Shown here one piece after another: positions 62,900 to 64,000 of a DNA stretch of 64,000 nt. The translations under genes were made by a program, and so were the position numbers. This DNA is from Lama glama. Its lineage: Eukaryota. The notes under the pieces were generated by a model that was given only the letters and a program-made list of their open reading frames with translations, did no database searches and was not told where the DNA came from. Numbering within the stretch: position 1 is the first letter of the stretch; the number at the start of each line of letters is the position of its first letter. The stretch spans positions 70,620,001 to 70,684,000 of the forward strand of contig CM052817.1 in assembly GCA_028534125.1 (NCBI GenBank), read 5' to 3'.

Positions 62900-63810
62900 C
62901 AACAAGATTTGTTGAAATTCTGCTACAGACAAGGAACTAAGTTAGGTGTTGTGGAGGATACTAAAGATTAAAGAAAGCATAGATCCCACTCTTGAAGGTC
63001 ATGAAAGCTAGTAGTAAAGAGAGAAAGGATGTTTATAAATAGCTATGATACAATAGAAAGAGGAAAAGGGAGGGAGGAAATTAATGTTTACTGAGTGCCT
63101 GACACATACTAGACACCGTATTAGAAGTTATACATGTATTATCTCATTTTAATCCTCACACCATCTGTTGAAATAAGACATTATTATCTTTGCTTTTACA
63201 GATGGGGAAAATGAGACTCAGAGTGATTGAGTAACTTGCCCAGGATCACAAAGCTTGTAAGTGGAACAGCTAGAATTTGACTTACAGTCTGTCTGGCTTT
63301 GCTGTCTATGCCCCCTCTATTTTAAGTGTAAAGTAATACAAAAAGCTGTACAGATAAAGTGCTGTGGGGATACAGCAACAGCGAGAAATTACACTCAGCT
63401 CAGGGAGACTAATGGCATCCTGATGGAAGAAGCAACGTGTAAGTATGAAGGGCTATTATATTTGGATGTGTGGAAACTGAGCATGACTAGGGGCTAGGCA
63501 GGAAGCAGTTCTGGAGAAAAGAGTAGTTTAAGAAAAGACAAATGAAGAAAAACAGATTTGAAGAGAAAAAAGATTAACTGGTTTGATTCAGTTTGGATGA
63601 AACACTGTGTCCAGAAAGAACATTAATAAAAAATTGGTGGGAGATAGTGCTACAAAAACAGACCAAATCAAAGGATTTGAATGTCAGGCAAGGAGCTAGA
63701 TTTTATTTCCCTCTAAATGGTAATCATATTGAGGTTCAAAGTTTGGAGGGGTCAGAAGAATGACAATCAGAACCATGATAGAAAAACTTTACCTGGAAGA
63801 CATAGATAGG
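62900..63810 (-). mobile_element. L2 relic interrupted by a MIR (~63080-63315)
   Basis: aacaagatttgttgaaattctgctac...; MIR core ttttacagatggggaaaatgagactcagagtgattgagtaacttgcccaggatcaca. Confidence 0.65.
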
Positions 63811-63824
63811 TTGATACTGGTTGA

Positions 63825-64000
63825 TGCTACATTCAATCCCAACCCTTGACATCTCCATTATAGAGACAGGAAAAAGCTAAATGTTCACTTTCCTGACTCA
63901 GCTCCTCTACAGCAGTGACTGGCCAGGCAACAGGCAAGTCTTCCACGGTGTGAAGAACAGCAATGGGAAGTCAGAGTCAAAAGAAAGAAACGTGGAGTCC
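63825..64000 (+). mobile_element. Possible ERVL LTR (LTR33/LTR16-like), partial
   Basis: aggaaaaagctaaatgttcactttcctgactc resembles an LTR33/16 5' motif. Confidence 0.35.

Larger units (their letters stand above)
1..64000 (-). other. COL25A1: Internal portion of the collagen type XXV alpha 1 gene (end of COL1, NC2, start of COL2); both gene ends lie outside the window
   Basis: Spliced minus-strand exons give ...[90 protein letters not shown]..., matching human collagen XXV as I recall it. All junctions are phase 0. Confidence 0.97.

Noticed and set aside
168..63497. The short ORFs of the six-frame track as independent genes
   Set aside because: They have no recognisable domains, many lie in decayed repeats or use non-ATG starts, and this is intronic mammalian DNA. 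Only the L1 ORF2 fragments have real homology.

Overview
This is mammalian genomic DNA, not prokaryotic. It is AT-rich and full of MIR, L2, CR1, L1 and hAT relics. Five young tRNA-derived SINEs of the Vic-1 type point to a camelid. The whole window lies inside COL25A1 (collagen XXV / CLAC-P, a membrane-anchored MACIT collagen) on the minus strand. Six phase-0 coding exons can be read directly. In transcript order they are 47948-47974 (GPPGPKGDK), 47778-47804 (GEQGDQGPR), 17675-17734 (GLPGFPTVAALHSNQILTVK, alternative NC2), 16849-16920 (MVFPKINHGFLSADQQLIKRRLIK, NC2), 15992-16099 (GDQGQAG...GVP) and 13645-13680 (GEPGKLGEQGLM, with a GC donor). None appears in its real frame in the supplied ORF track, whose entries are nearly all spurious apart from the L1 ORF2 fragments. 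The most interesting stretch is a CpG-enriched ~1 kb cluster at 16.8-17.96 kb. It holds the two alternative NC2 exons plus two further exon-shaped cassettes carrying stop codons, with RBFOX and UG-rich motifs, and looks like a splice switch with NMD control. Other leads are a recursive-splice-like CAG|GTAAGA site, a GC-AG intron, an apparent Pro-to-Leu change in the triple helix, and several retro-insertion oddities. There is a 500-N assembly gap at 41823-42322. The gene assignment rests on my recollection of the human protein. Repeat family names come from remembered consensus sequences and their boundaries are approximate.
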